Below, one piece after another: positions 38,180 through 52,519 of a stretch of DNA of 64,000 bases. Location: positions 8,370,001 to 8,434,000 of the forward strand of contig NC_043013.1 of NCBI RefSeq assembly GCF_006345805.1, in the 5' to 3' direction. Source of the stretch: Octopus sinensis. Taxonomy: Eukaryota. Below the pieces are notes generated by a model. It saw nothing but the letters and a program-made list of their open reading frames with translations. It ran no database searches and had not been told where the DNA came from. The position numbers and the translations under genes are program-made. The first letter of the stretch is position 1, and every line of letters begins with the position of its first letter.

Positions 38180-39240
38180 AAAGCCGTGAGCTGGCAGAAT
38201 CGTTAGCATGCTGAACAAAATGCTTAGCGGTATTTCATCTGCCGCTACGTTCTGAGTTCAAATTCCGCTGAGATCAACCTTACCATTCATCCTTTCAGAG
38301 TCAATAAATTGAGTACCGGTTGAGTACTGTGGTCAATGAAATTGACTAGCCCCCACCCCCAAATTTCAGACCTTGTGTCTATAAAGCAGTGAGCAGGTAG
38401 AATTGTTAGCATGCTGGGCGAAATGCTTAGCGGTATTTCGTCTGCCGCTACGTTCTGAGTTCAAATTCTGCCAAGGTCGACTTTGCCTTTCATCCTTTCA
38501 GGGTTGATAAATTAAGTACCAGTTACACACTGGGGTCGATGTAATTGACTTAATCCGTTTGTCTGTCCTTGTTTGTCCCCACTATGTTTAGCCCCTTGTG
38601 GGCAGTAGAGAAATAGGTATTTCATCTGCTGCTACATTCTGAGTTCAAATTCCGCTGAGGTCGACTTTGCCTTTCATCCTTTCGGGGTCAATAAATTGAG
38701 TACCTGTTGAGTACTGTGGTCAATGAAATTGACTAGCCCCCACCCCCAAATTTCAGGCCCTGTGTCTATAAAGCAGTGAGCTGGCAGAATCGTTTGCATG
38801 CTGGACAAAATGCTTAGCAGCATTTCATGTGCCTTAACGTCCTGAGTTCAAGTATTGTCATGGTTGACTTTGCCTTTCACCCTTTCAGGGTTCGATAAAA
38901 TAAGTAACAACTGAGCATTAGAGTTGATATAACCAACTCATGACCACCCGACCCCTAATTGCTGGCCATGTGCCAAAATATGAAACCAATATCATTGAAG
39001 GTGGCAAACTGGCAGAATCTTTAGCACACCAGGCAAACTGCATAATGGCATGTCATCCATCTTTACGTTCTGAGTTCAAATCCCGCCAAGGTCGACTTTG
39101 CATTTCATCCTTTCAGGATCGACAAAATATGTACCAATTGAGCACGGTGGGGTCGGTGGTGGTGGTGGTGATGGTGGGTCGATGTAATCGACTTACCCCT
39201 CCCCTTCAATTGCTGGCCTTGTGCTAAAATTTGAAACCAA
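38180..39240 (+). mobile_element. Head-to-tail array of about 5 SINE family B units
   Basis: Repeated ctgagttcaaat...gactttgcctttcatcctttc blocks at ~38250, 38455, 38640, 38840 and 39070. Confidence 0.85.
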
Positions 39241-39706
39241 CAGTTGTTAGTCAATATTTTGTTAGAAGACGTAGGAGTCAGGACTTTTAGTAGATCTTAA
39301 ATCAATGTTAGTTAATGTCATTGAAAGTGTTATTGTCATATTTACCCCACGGCTAATCTGTTGGACAGTTTTCTATGGAGAGAAACACTATTTCTTTTTC
39401 TCTCCTTACCGATAAATTTTGAGCAAGACTTGTCATGCTACAAATTTAAAGCTTTATTTCAATTTTGTTTAATTTTTGTTGGTGCAGGCATGGCTGTGTG
39501 GTTAAGAAGCTTGCTTTGCAACCACATGGTTCCAGGTTCTGTCCCACAGTGTGGCACCTTAAGCAAGTGTCTTCTATTATAGCCCTTGACTGGCCAATGC
39601 TTTGTGAGTGAATTTGGTTAACAGAAACTGTGTGGATATGGATGTGAGTGTGTGTGTCTGTGTGTATGTCTATGTCTGTATGTATATATTTGTATGTATA
39701 TATATA

Positions 39707-39737
<31 letters not shown>

Positions 39738-41287
39738 GTATGTATGTATGCGTATCTATTTATCCCCACCATCACCTCTTAATAAGCAGTATTGGTTTGT
39801 TTATGGCCTCGTAACTTAACAGTTTAGCAAAATAGACTGATAGAGTAAGTACCAAAAGATTTATTTCAATTTTATTTCAATTCTAAAAGAAAAAAACTTA
39901 GTATTTTTTTTTTTTTACTTGAACAATAGAAATATTTTATTCTCATACTGATTTCTAAACAAGTTCACCAATTATTGTTGAAATATCTCTAAAAATCTCA
40001 ACAGATCACAATATTCTTTAAATATAATTACAATGTACTTGTTTATTGTTGAAAAGAAATATATATTTTCTGAGGTGTCTTTGAGAAAATTACCATGATA
40101 TTTATTCCATTGTAAATAGTTTAGGTCAACATGACTTTGCTTTGGAGTGTCTGATACAGAATCTTTGTGGCAATTTATGGACTTAGCTGACCAACCTTCT
40201 TCACCCCAATCCCCTACAACAGCTAAGACTCTCAGCTTAATTTAAATTTTGATTACATGTTCAAACCTGTTATTAGTTTGTATCAGTTTTAATGTATGCA
40301 AAAATACCTGGCAATAAATTATAGGGCATGTCACCAAACCCCTTTAGTATGAGTTGGAAAATACAAAATAGTTGATTCATACATTAAAATGTAACAGAAC
40401 CTGAAATTTACTATGTTATGTATGAACAAGTCTGTCATTGAGTGATGTTTTTTGAGCAGAATAATATCATCATCATCATCATTGTTTAACGTCCGCTTTC
40501 CATGCTAGCATGGGTTGGACAATTTGACTGAGGACTGGTGAACCAGATGGCTGCACCAGGCTCCAATCTTGATCTGGCAGAGTTTCTACAGCCGGATGCC
40601 CTTCTTAATGCCAACCACTCTGAGAGTGTAGTTAGTGCTTTTTACGTGCCACCAGCACAGGGGCCAGTCAGGCAGTATTGGCAATGTCCTTGCTCGAATG
40701 TGTTTTCACGTGCCACCGGCACAAGTGCCAATAAGGTGACGCTAGTAACGATCATGCTCGAATGGTGCCTTTTACGTACCACAGGCACAGAAGCCAGTTA
40801 GCTGCTCTGGCAACAATCACACTCGGATGGTGCTCTGAGTTGTTATATAACACCAGAAGGACTATTTCCTAAATAAATTTTCAAATTTATTGTACAAGAT
40901 AGATCACTCCATTATAAAGAGTAAAAACCCCCATTGGTCATGAATGATCATGGGATTGCACCTAGAAAGTTCTCCTCCCAGACACAAGTCCAGGCATGAT
41001 TGTTTATGGAAGACCAGCAGTCGTCCATGCATACCGGCCTCTCCTCTCCATGCCACTGATGTTGTCCAAGGGAAAGGCAAAGGCTGATACAGCTTCGCAC
41101 CAGTAACATCGCAACTCATTTCTACAACTGAGTGAACTGGAGCTACGTGAAATAGAGTGCCTTGCTCAAGAACACAACACAGAGCCCAGTCCGGAAACTG
41201 AAGTCATTACATCATGATCGTGAGCCCAACGCTCTAACCACTTAAGCCTTAAACTTACCTTCTCGAGTCATGCTGACTCATAATAAT

Positions 41288-41655
41288 AACAAGAGCATTC
41301 AGAGAGCACAAACCTCCACCAAGGCAACACTAACGTCCTCTCAACGATTAACCAGAGATAATTTTTAAAATGAGAATATCTGAAATAAACTCAACTGCTC
41401 TCACAAATGAGAATACTAAAAATGAAGCCGACAGCTCTCAACAATTAAGTAAAAAAATAGGGCAAATAATTCAGAATCCTTGTCTGGTACTGGATCAATA
41501 CCGAAATCTAATAAGCTTATGCCAGTCATGAGGCCAAACATCCCTGAAAGTTTCATCAGAATCCATCCAGCAGTTCTTGAGATATCTTGTCCATGGACAA
41601 ACAAACAAACAAAACTGAAAACAATACCTCCGCCTTTGCTAAGGCAGAGATAATA
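41288..41655. mobile_element. Helentron-associated (DINE-1/HINE-like) non-autonomous element
   Basis: AACAAG start, subterminal cctcc(a/g)cc motif at both ends, (ACAA)n, and a terminal hairpin cctccgcctt...aaggcagag before an AT tract. Confidence 0.6.
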
Positions 41656-41664
41656 ATAATGAAA

Positions 41665-41948
41665 TTATTGTGTATTGTGCTCAGGTGCACTACAACTCAC
41701 CAAAGGTGCATGTACAGTATATAGAATTATGTACAAAAGTCAGGAAAGTGAACAGTGTATGAGTCATGATATACATGTGAGCATGCATATGGAGTGGAGG
41801 GGGGCGGATATCAGGTGTAGTGTTGGCAGGTTTCAGGAAGCATATGTCTCAGCAGCTAACAGCTGATGCAGGTAGTTTGTTCCACGCTTCAGCAACTCTG
41901 AGTTTGAGAAAAAGTTTCCGAAAGTCATGGGAGCTGTGCTGTTTTCTA
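41665..41948 (-). mobile_element. CR1/L2-like LINE 3' end
   Basis: RKQHSSHDFRKLFLKLRVAEAWNKLPAS, matching the FxxRVxxxWNxLP motif. Confidence 0.7.
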
Positions 41949-42933
41949 GGCTGGTTTCTAGGTTTTCATGGCGTATAAACTCCTCACCTGGATGGGATGC
42001 CAGTCCATCACAGGATTACTCACTTTTGCCAGCTGAGTGAACTGGAGCAACGTGAAATGTAGTGTTTTGCTCAAGAACACAATACGTCACCCGATCCAGG
42101 AATCGAAACCACTATCTTATGATCATGAGTCCAACACCCTAACCACCAAGCCACTCATCAACACAACAATATTAGCACTCCATGTCTCCCCTTCACAGTA
42201 AACTAACATATTTCATTCATGTACTTTTACTGAATGGATTCTTGCCAAATCTGACCATCACCAGTCTCCTTGGTTATTAGAGAATATGTGTTACATTATA
42301 ACAATTTAGTTGTGAAGAGAAAACACAATACTGTCCTATAACGGATATGATAAACTGGATAGTATAACAATCATTAAGTAGAAAGCCTATCTAACCACAT
42401 AGCACTACATAGCAACTAAAACGGTATTAAATAAAGACCAAGTAATCATGAATTGGCAAGGTGTGATTACACAAGTTTTATTTTCTTTTTTTCAAAGATT
42501 TTTTTATTTTATTTTTGAGAATGACTCAGTATATTTGTTATTAAGCACAGTCATCAGATATTTATGAACGACAAGATATCTCTGCTGTAAAGCTGAGCTA
42601 TCAGCAACACTACAATATAAAATGAAGTGTTTTTATAGGTTGATATAGAAGAGGCGAGTTGTCTGGCTGTTTCAAGCTGTTCTGAAATTTCTTTAGTAAA
42701 AAAAGATTAGATTCGTCATCAACATTTAATGCCAACCATTACCTGTTTCCAAGCAAAGTAATATTTTCATACAGCCAGACATGCATTTTTCTTTTCTTTC
42801 TTGTAAGACTGGAAACAAACATTTCTTGTGTATGATGGTGATACTTGTTCACAATCATCACATGATGTCAGGACAATGCAGCATACAAAGACACACATGA
42901 ATTCATTTATATATATATATATATATAATATAT

Positions 42934-42992
<59 letters not shown>

Positions 42993-42995
42993 TAT

Positions 42996-43045
<50 letters not shown>

Positions 43046-43058
43046 GTATATACATATA

Positions 43059-43107
<49 letters not shown>

Positions 43108-43362
43108 TATATATATATTATTATATATATATTTTATTTGTTTCAGTCATTTGACTGCAAGGGTTTTAGTGAAACAAATCGACCCCCAGGGCTTATTTAT
43201 TAAGCCTAGCACTTATTCTATCAGTCTTTTTGCTGTACCGCTAAGTTGCAGGGTTGTAGGCACACCAGTGTTGGTTGTCAAGCAGTGATTGGGGTACAAA
43301 TACAAACACACAGATATGCGCAGATAGATACACACACACACACACACACAAACATATATATA

Positions 43363-43402
<40 letters not shown>

Positions 43403-43954
43403 GCTTCTTACAGTTTCTGTCTACCAAATCCACTCACAAGGCCATTCAAGACCTCTAATTATAATTTATTCACTGTTTTTAAGAGATCCATTAGACTGTC
43501 CCCTGTTGCCCATACTTTTACAAAGAGAGGTTTCACTGATTAAATTCATGTGCTGAGGTTATGGGTTCAAATTTCATCACAGACATACAATTGTTAAAGT
43601 GGGAAGAGGTACTTATTCTATTGGTCTCTTTTGCCGAACTGCTAAGTTATGGGAACGTAAACACACTAGCATTGGTTGTCAAACGATGTTGGGGGGACAA
43701 ACACAGACACACAAACATATACACACACACATACATACATACATATATACATATATACAACGAGGCCATAGTAGAAGACACTTATCCAAGGTGCCACGCA
43801 GTGGAACTGAACCTGGAACCATGTGGTTCATAAACAAGCAACTTACCACACAGAAATTCTGCTGTATGTTCAATTTGTAAATCCAAAGTTCATCCACCAA
43901 AAGATTTAGTTTAATTTAATATCACAGACTCTAGTAGAAACCACAAAAAAATTA

Positions 43955-44233
43955 CAGAAATTCCTCGCCATATCGCGGTTCATCTATTGCGGTTTATTAT
44001 TTAAGCTTATACCGATTCCTCTGTGGTGTCGTTTTGCATTTATAATAAAATAAATATATACAAATTATAAAAATAATTTTTAAGATCTACAGTACTAAAG
44101 GCAGTGCTCTAGCATGGCCACAGTCAAATGGCTGAAACAAATAAAAGAATACAATACTGTTTCTACTTTGCGGATTTTCACCTATTACGTGGGGTTTGGA
44201 AAAATAACACCCACGATAGTCAAGGGATTACTG
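43955..44233. mobile_element. Tigger/pogo-type MITE
   Basis: TA TSD, imperfect TIR CAG(A/T)AAT(T/C)CCT...TATCG, containing a SINE tail fragment. Confidence 0.6.
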
Positions 44234-44272
44234 TATACATTTTTAATTTTAATCAGCTTACACACATTTCAG

Positions 44273-44492
44273 ATATAAAGGTATTACATAATTCCATGAT
44301 ATATTAATCCTGCATGCTAATCAATCCACATTTGATCAAACTAGGGTTTTACACTGAAGAGGCTTTGAGAAGGATATGGTTGTGTTATTTTTTTTTAATC
44401 TCTATGAAACTCTATAAAACTCTACATGATCAAACGCGGATTGATTTAAATGCAGGATTAATATATCACAAAATTACGTAATATCTTTATAT
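44273..44492. repeat. Imperfect inverted repeat with ~78-bp arms
   Basis: 44273-44351 pairs with 44415-44492. Confidence 0.8.
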
Positions 44493-44864
44493 TTAAAACA
44501 CACATAAGATGAATCAAAATGTATGATTCTCCATTCATCTGTGTTTTCTTTGTATACATACATACATGTGTGTGTGTGTGTGTGTTTGTCCCTTCCACTC
44601 CTTGACAACAGGTGGTTGTTTGCTTATGGCCTCAATACTTAGAGACTCAGCAAAAGAGACCAATAGAATAAGTAATGAGACTTCAAAACTAAGTACAAGG
44701 GCCAATTTGTTTGGCTAAATCTGTTAAGGAAATGCTCCATCATGGCCACAGTCCACTGACTGGAATATGTAAATGGTAAAAGAAATATAGTTACATAGAT
44801 TATTTTGTGTGAGTCTGTGTATTTATATGGTGTATCTTGAATAGTCATTATTTTTTATAAAGTA

Positions 44865-45000
44865 TTTTCGGTGAGACTGTATCATTATATAGTGTTTTGA
44901 GTGAGTCTGTATTGTTATATATTTCAAGTGAGTCTGTAGAGTTATATATTTCAAGTGAGTCTGTATGGTTATATATTTCAAGTTAGTTTGTATATTTATA
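44865..45000. repeat. 27-bp minisatellite
   Basis: About 5 units of gtgagtctgtattgttatatatttcaa. Confidence 0.8.
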
Positions 45001-45520
45001 TAGAGTATTTTCAATGAATATAGTTACATAGTGTATGTTGAGCAAGTCAGTACATTTACATAGTTTGCTTTTGGGCTGTACATCTCAATCGAAGCCATGA
45101 CAATGAAAAGGGCCTTAGCAGTAGAATCAAACAGAACGTTATAGTTTCTTGGTGCTTTACATAGTGGACTGAATTTTGAGATTGTACATAAATGAATAAA
45201 CTCCACTATATGTATTGAATGGGTTTCCTTTTGTTTGTAAATCCGAAGGCATGTTTGTGTGTATGCACACCCACACACATACCAGAATGCACACACAAAT
45301 TCAGATTTATAAACAAAAACGAAAAAAGCACTAAATCTATGTAGTAGAATTTATTCACTTATGCAAAACTATCACTACTGAAATACAACAGACCCAGACA
45401 TGTGACAAGGATATATATATATATATATATATTTTGTGTTTAACAAGTGGCATCGCAAAACACAAGTCCTTCAGTGGGAACATTCTGTTGCATTTTTCAG
45501 TTGCATAACTAATACATGTG

Positions 45521-45552
<32 letters not shown>

Positions 45553-46746
45553 TGTATGTATGTATGTATGTATGTATGTATGTATCTGTTATGCTTATAT
45601 ATATGTAAAATGTACATGTATATGTTATTTCCAAGATACATTTCAAGAATGCTCTAGGAAGCATCATCAGTGAAGTCCCTAAGGTCTTAGGGTGTCTTGG
45701 GCCTGTCAGCTGCCAACTACCTTACTCCAATCATATGTATATTTATATATATATATTATATATATATATATAATATATATATATATATATACACACACAT
45801 ATACACACATACATATGTGTATATGCATATACATACATGCATGTGTATGTGTGTATGTACATATACATCCATTTGAATTAAATTAAAATGTTATTTTCAA
45901 ACTTTTTCATTTCAACTAATAATCGGTGAATATTCATTTCACTTTACTCAAAATAACAATTCAGCTTCTCAGTTTTTTTATACATTTATAAAGGAACATC
46001 GTACATACTTATATACTTATATATATTATTGATATTATTATTATTATTATTACTGGAACATTTCTATAAACTTTTGCTTCAACTAATTCATTTACAATTA
46101 ATTTTTTTTCCTCCCGTTTTCGCTTAAAATATTTAACAATCTTAACAATATTCTAGCCTAAAAGCTCAGACATTATCTGTTTAAAGCTTCTGCTCTCATC
46201 AACTTCAAACATAAAATTTTTACAGAGGCTTTTGTGTGTCTGTATAAATAAAATAACGTTGGTGCAGTTTTTATGGTTGGGGTATTCAGCTTCACTGACA
46301 GCTAAATTTATTAACATTTTAAAGCGTTAAATAAGTTTTTGTTTTCCTCTGTGTTTATGTATGTATTTTTTTTGTTGTTATTTTTATGTATTTGTATTTG
46401 TTTATAAGCACAGGTGCAAAAATGTCCGAGTGGTAAAAAGGCTTATTTTACAACAATGAAGTTTTCAGTTCAGTCTGACAGCGTGGCTGCTTGGGGCAAA
46501 CTTATAACCCTGGGCTGACCATTGCCTTGTGAGTGAATTTCATGAATAGAGATTGTTTGGAAGCCTGTCATGTATATAAATATATATATAGTACACACAT
46601 ACACAGACACACACACACACACACACACACACACATCATATACATCAATGATGTTCTTCTTTTGTGTTTTTTCATGGTTTCTTTTGATTCTCTGTTTGTG
46701 TTTAGTGATTATCCAGTATTTGGGGATGTCAGAAGCATTGATATGT

Positions 46747-47076
46747 AAATGTTGAACAATGAGAATGAGTGCTCAATACCGCATTGGTGGATAAAGTTTC
46801 TTTATTTGTGTATTAAGGCAACCATAGGTTTCTTGTTAAGAAAATATCTTAACAATTTTTCAAGCCATTTATATGGAGATGCACACCATTCCTCCATGTG
46901 ATTAACTTGAAAAATAATGGAGAAAAACACCATTCCTCTCTGTGATTGGCTTGAAAAATTATTAAGATAGTAACATAGTTTTCTTAACATGAAACCAATG
47001 GTAGCCTTAATACACAAGTAAAGAAATTTTATCCACCAATGCAGTGTTGAGCACTCATTCCCAGTGCTCAACATTT
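46747..47076. mobile_element. Foldback element with paired hammerhead motifs, U3-A8 core variant
   Basis: Arms of ~125 bp. Ribozyme motifs at 46817-46866 (-) and 46948-47006 (+). Confidence 0.8.
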
Positions 47077-47984
47077 AGTTGGTTTGTTTACATCTCTGAG
47101 AACAAACCGTTCTACCAAAGAGGCTTATGGAATAAGTACCAGACTTAGAAGTATGTACTGGGGTTGGACTTTTGGATTAAACCCTTCGATGCAGTGCCAC
47201 AGCTTGGCCATAGTCTAATGAGTAAAACAAGTAAAGATAAAAGAACAGGTGTGTTTGTGAGTGAAAGAGAGTGAGAGGTGTGATGTATTATTTATAGTCA
47301 CACTACACCTCAGATGTATGTGTGTGTGCATATCAGGCCAGTTCTAGAGAGGCAAACTCATTCGAATTTATTACACTCGAAATTTGGGACTTTACAAAAC
47401 AAGCCCCCACTTGCAACACACGAATATGAATGCTGTATCTGCCATAAAAAATAAAAATGAAATGCAAGTCTTTGAAAGCCATCGTAGGGCTCGTAATCAC
47501 TGATAAATATGAATGAATGAACAACCCAGAAATGAGATGTTTTGTCAGCATTGGATTCTTGAACTGGTCAATGTGAAATACCTTGTTTCACATTGCTCCA
47601 GTCCACCTAGCTAGCGAAAATGAATAATCCTGCAATGGACCAGTGTCCTGTCCAGGTGAGGAATTTATGCACTATGGAAACCAGCCCTTATGAGTTGATA
47701 TGACTTGAGAAGGTAACTTTTGTGGAGGTGTGTGGCTTAGTGGTTAGGGTATTGGACTCATGATCATAAGATTGTGGTTTCGATTCCTGGACCGGGTGAC
47801 TTGTTGCTTTCTTGAGCAAAACACATTTCACATTGCTCCAGTCCACTCAGCTGGCAAAAATGAGTAATCCTGTGGCAGACCGATGTCTTGTCCAGGTGGG
47901 AAATTTATACAACATGTAAACCAGGAAACTGACCCTTGTGAGTTGGCATAACTTGAGAAGGTAACTAAAATTTTCATGGTCCAT

Positions 47985-48147
47985 GTTGTGGCCACCTGGG
48001 CCATCTTAAAGCATGGACACACTGAGCAGCTGCCCAGGGATCTCACGGGTTTAGGGTCCTAACTCCGTTGTGGCCACCAGGGCCATCTTAAAGCATGGAC
48101 ACACACAGCAGCTGCCCAGGGATCTCACTGGTTTAGGGTCCTAACTC
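47985..48147. repeat. ~82-bp tandem duplication
   Basis: Two copies of gttgtggccacc...gggtcctaactc. Confidence 0.85.
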
Positions 48148-48958
48148 TGATCTATGTATTTTGTGGTTTACTGTTTATAAATAAATACTATCAAGCCCAA
48201 TGCATTAGTTTGCCCAGGTGTTTATAATGCTATTGACACAACTCTGATGGTCACTTTGAAGTGTTCTCAAAACGTAGCCATGAATTACCTTTACCTGAAA
48301 GCAGAAAGCCTTTCATTTTATGATTTGTTACAGTAAAGCTGTATGGCTTCTCTGGGTGTTTATTCCTGGTTATCAGACTTGGAATACTTTGGAAAGAATC
48401 TCCATTTTTAAAACACATGGTAACAAATAACATCTACAAGTATTAGGAATGTGTGTATGCATATGTGTGTGCATGACTGTAAAACTTAATGTTGAGTAAG
48501 AGATAAAATATACACCCGAAGAAGCTTATAACACGCAGTAAATATTTTAATGTTTCTGTGAATATATGTAAAAGCAATTTTATATATATAAAAATCTTAT
48601 TGTATATAGTGCTCAGGTGCACTACAGTTTTATAGGTAATGTAAAGTAAATAGAATGAGTATTAAATGTAAAAAGCTACGAAAAAAAATTACAAAGGAAT
48701 ATATTTTTTAGTGTTTGCATTTATATGTATCTAACAATTTCTCAATAAAATAAACATGGCTTGTATGTTATCAAGGGAGGTAATTATAGAATAGAGTTAT
48801 CACCCTTAGTGGACTGTTCTAAACTGAATCACAGTTGCTTTTTGTCTCTCTTTTCGAAGCCCTTCATTTTTAATGTTAACTTTCTTGCGAAGACAGAAGC
48901 TTCGCAAATTCCACTTTACTGTTCCTTATAAATCTAGCATATGCCTATATGCTTTCAG

Positions 48959-48995
<37 letters not shown>

Positions 48996-49009
48996 TGAGA
49001 TAAATACAG

Positions 49010-49057
<48 letters not shown>

Positions 49058-49119
49058 TATATATATACATATATATATATACATATTATATACATATATA
49101 TATATATACATATATATAC

Positions 49120-49203
<84 letters not shown>

Positions 49204-49206
49204 TAT

Positions 49207-49250
<44 letters not shown>

Positions 49251-50689
49251 CATATATATATGTGTGTGTGTATGTATATATCTTTGTATGTATGTATATA
49301 CTATATCTACATACAGATAGGTAGATGGATAGATAAATAGATAAACTTGAATTATAAATATTTCCACTTTTTTGCAGCTGAGGTAATAACTTGTATATTC
49401 TTCCAACTTTAAACAGAGATAAATGTCAAAGAGTATAGATTTTTCATTCCTCATGTTATATAAGTGCACTGTAATTTATTATTCTTTACATTCTGAGTTC
49501 AAATTCCTCCAAGGTCAACTTAGCTTTTCGTTCTTTCAGTTCTGATAAAATAAGCATCAGTTCTATGCTGGGGACGGGGCTTGGGAGTCAGTGATGTAAT
49601 CAACCTCCCCTCGCCTAAAAAGTGCTTGTCATGTACCAAAACTTAGGAATAAAATTGTTATTTTTCTCTCCCTGCCCCCACCCTCCAACAAAAAAAAAAA
49701 CAACTTTTAAGGACTTCATTATATCACATTCTGTACTTTATAATTCTGATTAGAAATTGTATCTTGATTGAATTTGTTACCCTTCAGCCTTCTAATGTCA
49801 ATCAAAAAAAAATTTTTTTTTCTTTTTGAAATAAAATTTAAAAAATAAACAAATATCTATAAAAAAAAATACAAAGAGAAATAGATAAATTTCTGGCAAT
49901 CCCAAAATCCATACCTTTTTTTTTTGCTTCTGAATTAAAGCTGATTCACTTCACTTATTTTGCTAAATGCGGGGGGTGGGGAAGCCATGAATGTCACACA
50001 TGAATGTTGCATCTGCTATGTTTGTGTAAAGTTTTTTTTTTGCTTTGGTAAACATTGTTATTTGTTATAAATCATGTTACAAAAACAGAAACACAATTCA
50101 GTTTATGAAACATATCAACATCTTATTATTAATTAACTACTAGTACTAAAACAAACTATTATTAATTAACTACTATTAAAAACAAACTACTTTGAAGTCT
50201 GAAAAATATTTTTTAAAAAAATAAATAAATAAAAAAATAAACACTGATATTAATTTTTTTTTAAATGTTTTATTCTTAAACAATCCTTTGTTTATTTGTA
50301 TTTCTTTGTCCAATTTTATTTCCTCCCTGTATTTCAATTAAACGACCTTATATTTCCTCCAAATGTCTTTGCGTTTCCCACAGATGACCTTGTATTATAT
50401 TCAAATGACTTTGCATTTTATTTGAATAATTAATATGCTGATTAAATAATTTCTGCTTTTTTTTTTGCTTCTCTACCTGCTTTAAGTTTGTTTTTTTTTC
50501 TAATTGTTTCCAAGTTGATAAACCTTTTGTTCTCAACTATCAAATTATGAAGCTAGAATTGTTCAAAGAATACATGTCTGTATATTGAATGCAACAAGAA
50601 ACATTGGTACCATAACTTCATAAACTGGAATTAATTAAAGCTAAAATCAAATACTGAGAAGGATGACGGACACTAATGCTTCATGTATC

Positions 50690-51330
50690 TCTATCTTCTT
50701 CTTTTTCTTTTTCTTCTTCTTCTTCTTCTTCTTCTTCTTCTTTTTCTTCTTCTTTTTCTTCTTCTTCTTCTTCTTCTTCTCCTTCTTCTTCTTCTTCTTC
50801 TCCTCCTCCTCCTCTTCCTCCACCTCCTATTCTTCCTCTTCCACCTCCTCTCCTTCCTCTTCCACCTCCTCTCCTTCCTCTTCCACCTCCTCTTCTTCAT
50901 CCTCCTCTTCCTCTTCCTCTTCCTCCACCTCTTCCTCCACCTCTTCCTCTTCCTCCACCTCTTCCTCTTCCTCCTTCTCTTCCTCCTCCTCTTCCTCCTC
51001 CTCTTCCCCCTCCTCTTCCTTCCCCTCTTCCCCCTCCTCTTCGTTCCCCTCTTCCTCCCCCTCTTCCTTCCCCTCTTCCTCCACCTCCTCTTCTTCATCC
51101 TCCTCTTCCTCTTCCTTCTCTTCCTCCTCCTCTTCCTTCCCTTCTTCCTCCCCCTCTTCCTCCACCTCCTCTTCCTCCACCTCCTCTTCTTCATCCTCCT
51201 CTTCCTCTTCCTCCTCTTCCTCTTCCTCCTCCTCCTCATATTCTTCTTCCGCTTCCTCTTCATCCCCTCCTCTTCCTCTTCATCCCCCTCCTCTTCCTCT
51301 TCATCCCCCTCCTCTTCCTCCTCCTCCTTC
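50690..51330. repeat. ~640-bp polypyrimidine (CTT/CCT)n tract
   Basis: Almost purely C/T on the + strand. A similar tract lies at 61915-62230. Confidence 0.95.
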
Positions 51331-51339
51331 TTGTCCATT

Positions 51340-51750
51340 ATTTTGAATCCGAGTTTGTCCCCGTTAACGGGGGTGGCCGGATCTACCTCACTCTTATCGC
51401 AACCGCTCTCACACCCTCTCACCATCTCACCCAGTTTGAGGCATCCTCCCATCTCAAGTCAACTTCCCCCTAATCTAATCCTCTACTTGTCCCCTCCACA
51501 TTTTCTTTGTTCGACCTCGCTTTCGCAGTTCATTCGCTCTGAACTCAAGCACTCTCCTCAGAACATGATCCTCATCTCTCCTCAACACATGTCCATACCA
51601 CTGCACTCCATTCACCCTTGCCAGCCATTCCACCGATTCCTCCAACCCCAGCATCCCCATCAAGTCCTCAGTCCTTCTTTTAGCCACTGGTTTCACACCA
51701 CACATTGCTCTCACCATTGCTCTCTCGGTCCTTCTCAAATCATCATTTCT
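51340..51750 (-). mobile_element. 5'-truncated RTE LINE of a second subfamily
   Basis: RRTERAMVRAMCGVK...WYGHVLRRDEDHVLRRVL. The (GAA/GGA)n tract follows as a possible expanded tail. Confidence 0.8.
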
Positions 51751-52519
51751 ACCTACATTTGCAATTAATATCCATATATTCTTTAAGGTGGGGAGCTGGC
51801 AGAATTGTTAGCACACCAGGTAAAATACTTAGTGAACGTCATTCATCTATATGTTCTGAGTTCAAATTCCACTGAGGTTGACTTTTCCTTTCATCCTCCC
51901 AGGGTTGATAAAATAAGTACCAGTTGTGCACTAGGGTTGATATAATCGATTTAACTCCTCCCCCGAAATTGCTGGCCTTGTGCCAAAATTTGAAATCACT
52001 ATCTTTATATTCTTTAAGGCGGCAAGCTGACAGAATCATCAGCATGCCAATCAAAATACTTAGTGCCATTTCATTCATCCTTATGTCCTGAGTTCAAATT
52101 CCACCGAGGTCTACTTTACCTTCCAGTGTTGATAAGATATGTACCAGCTGATTACCAGATGTAATCAACTTTCCCCCTCACCTAAAATTGCTGGCCTTGT
52201 GCCAAAATTTGAAACATATATCTATATATTCTTTCAACAAAACTAACTTGGTAATAAATTAATTTGACATAATCAATTTCTGTATAAATTCCTACTAATA
52301 TTGCTTTGTCATTTAAAAAAAAATTTGTTTTAATAGCAAAATTTCTGTAAATTGTATTTTTCTTACAGATTATGCACCCCCTTTTTATGTTTGCTCTATT
52401 TTAATTTAATTGTTATATTTTTAATTGATAAAACAGAGCAAACACATTGTTTTTTTTTTGTTATTGCTGAATGTTCTAATTATGATATAGAACAACATTT
52501 GAAATTATGAGGCTGTTAA

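Noticed and set aside
50663-51768. Several long overlapping ORFs (poly-S/P/L/E/R)
   Set aside because: They arise from a stop-free polypyrimidine tract.
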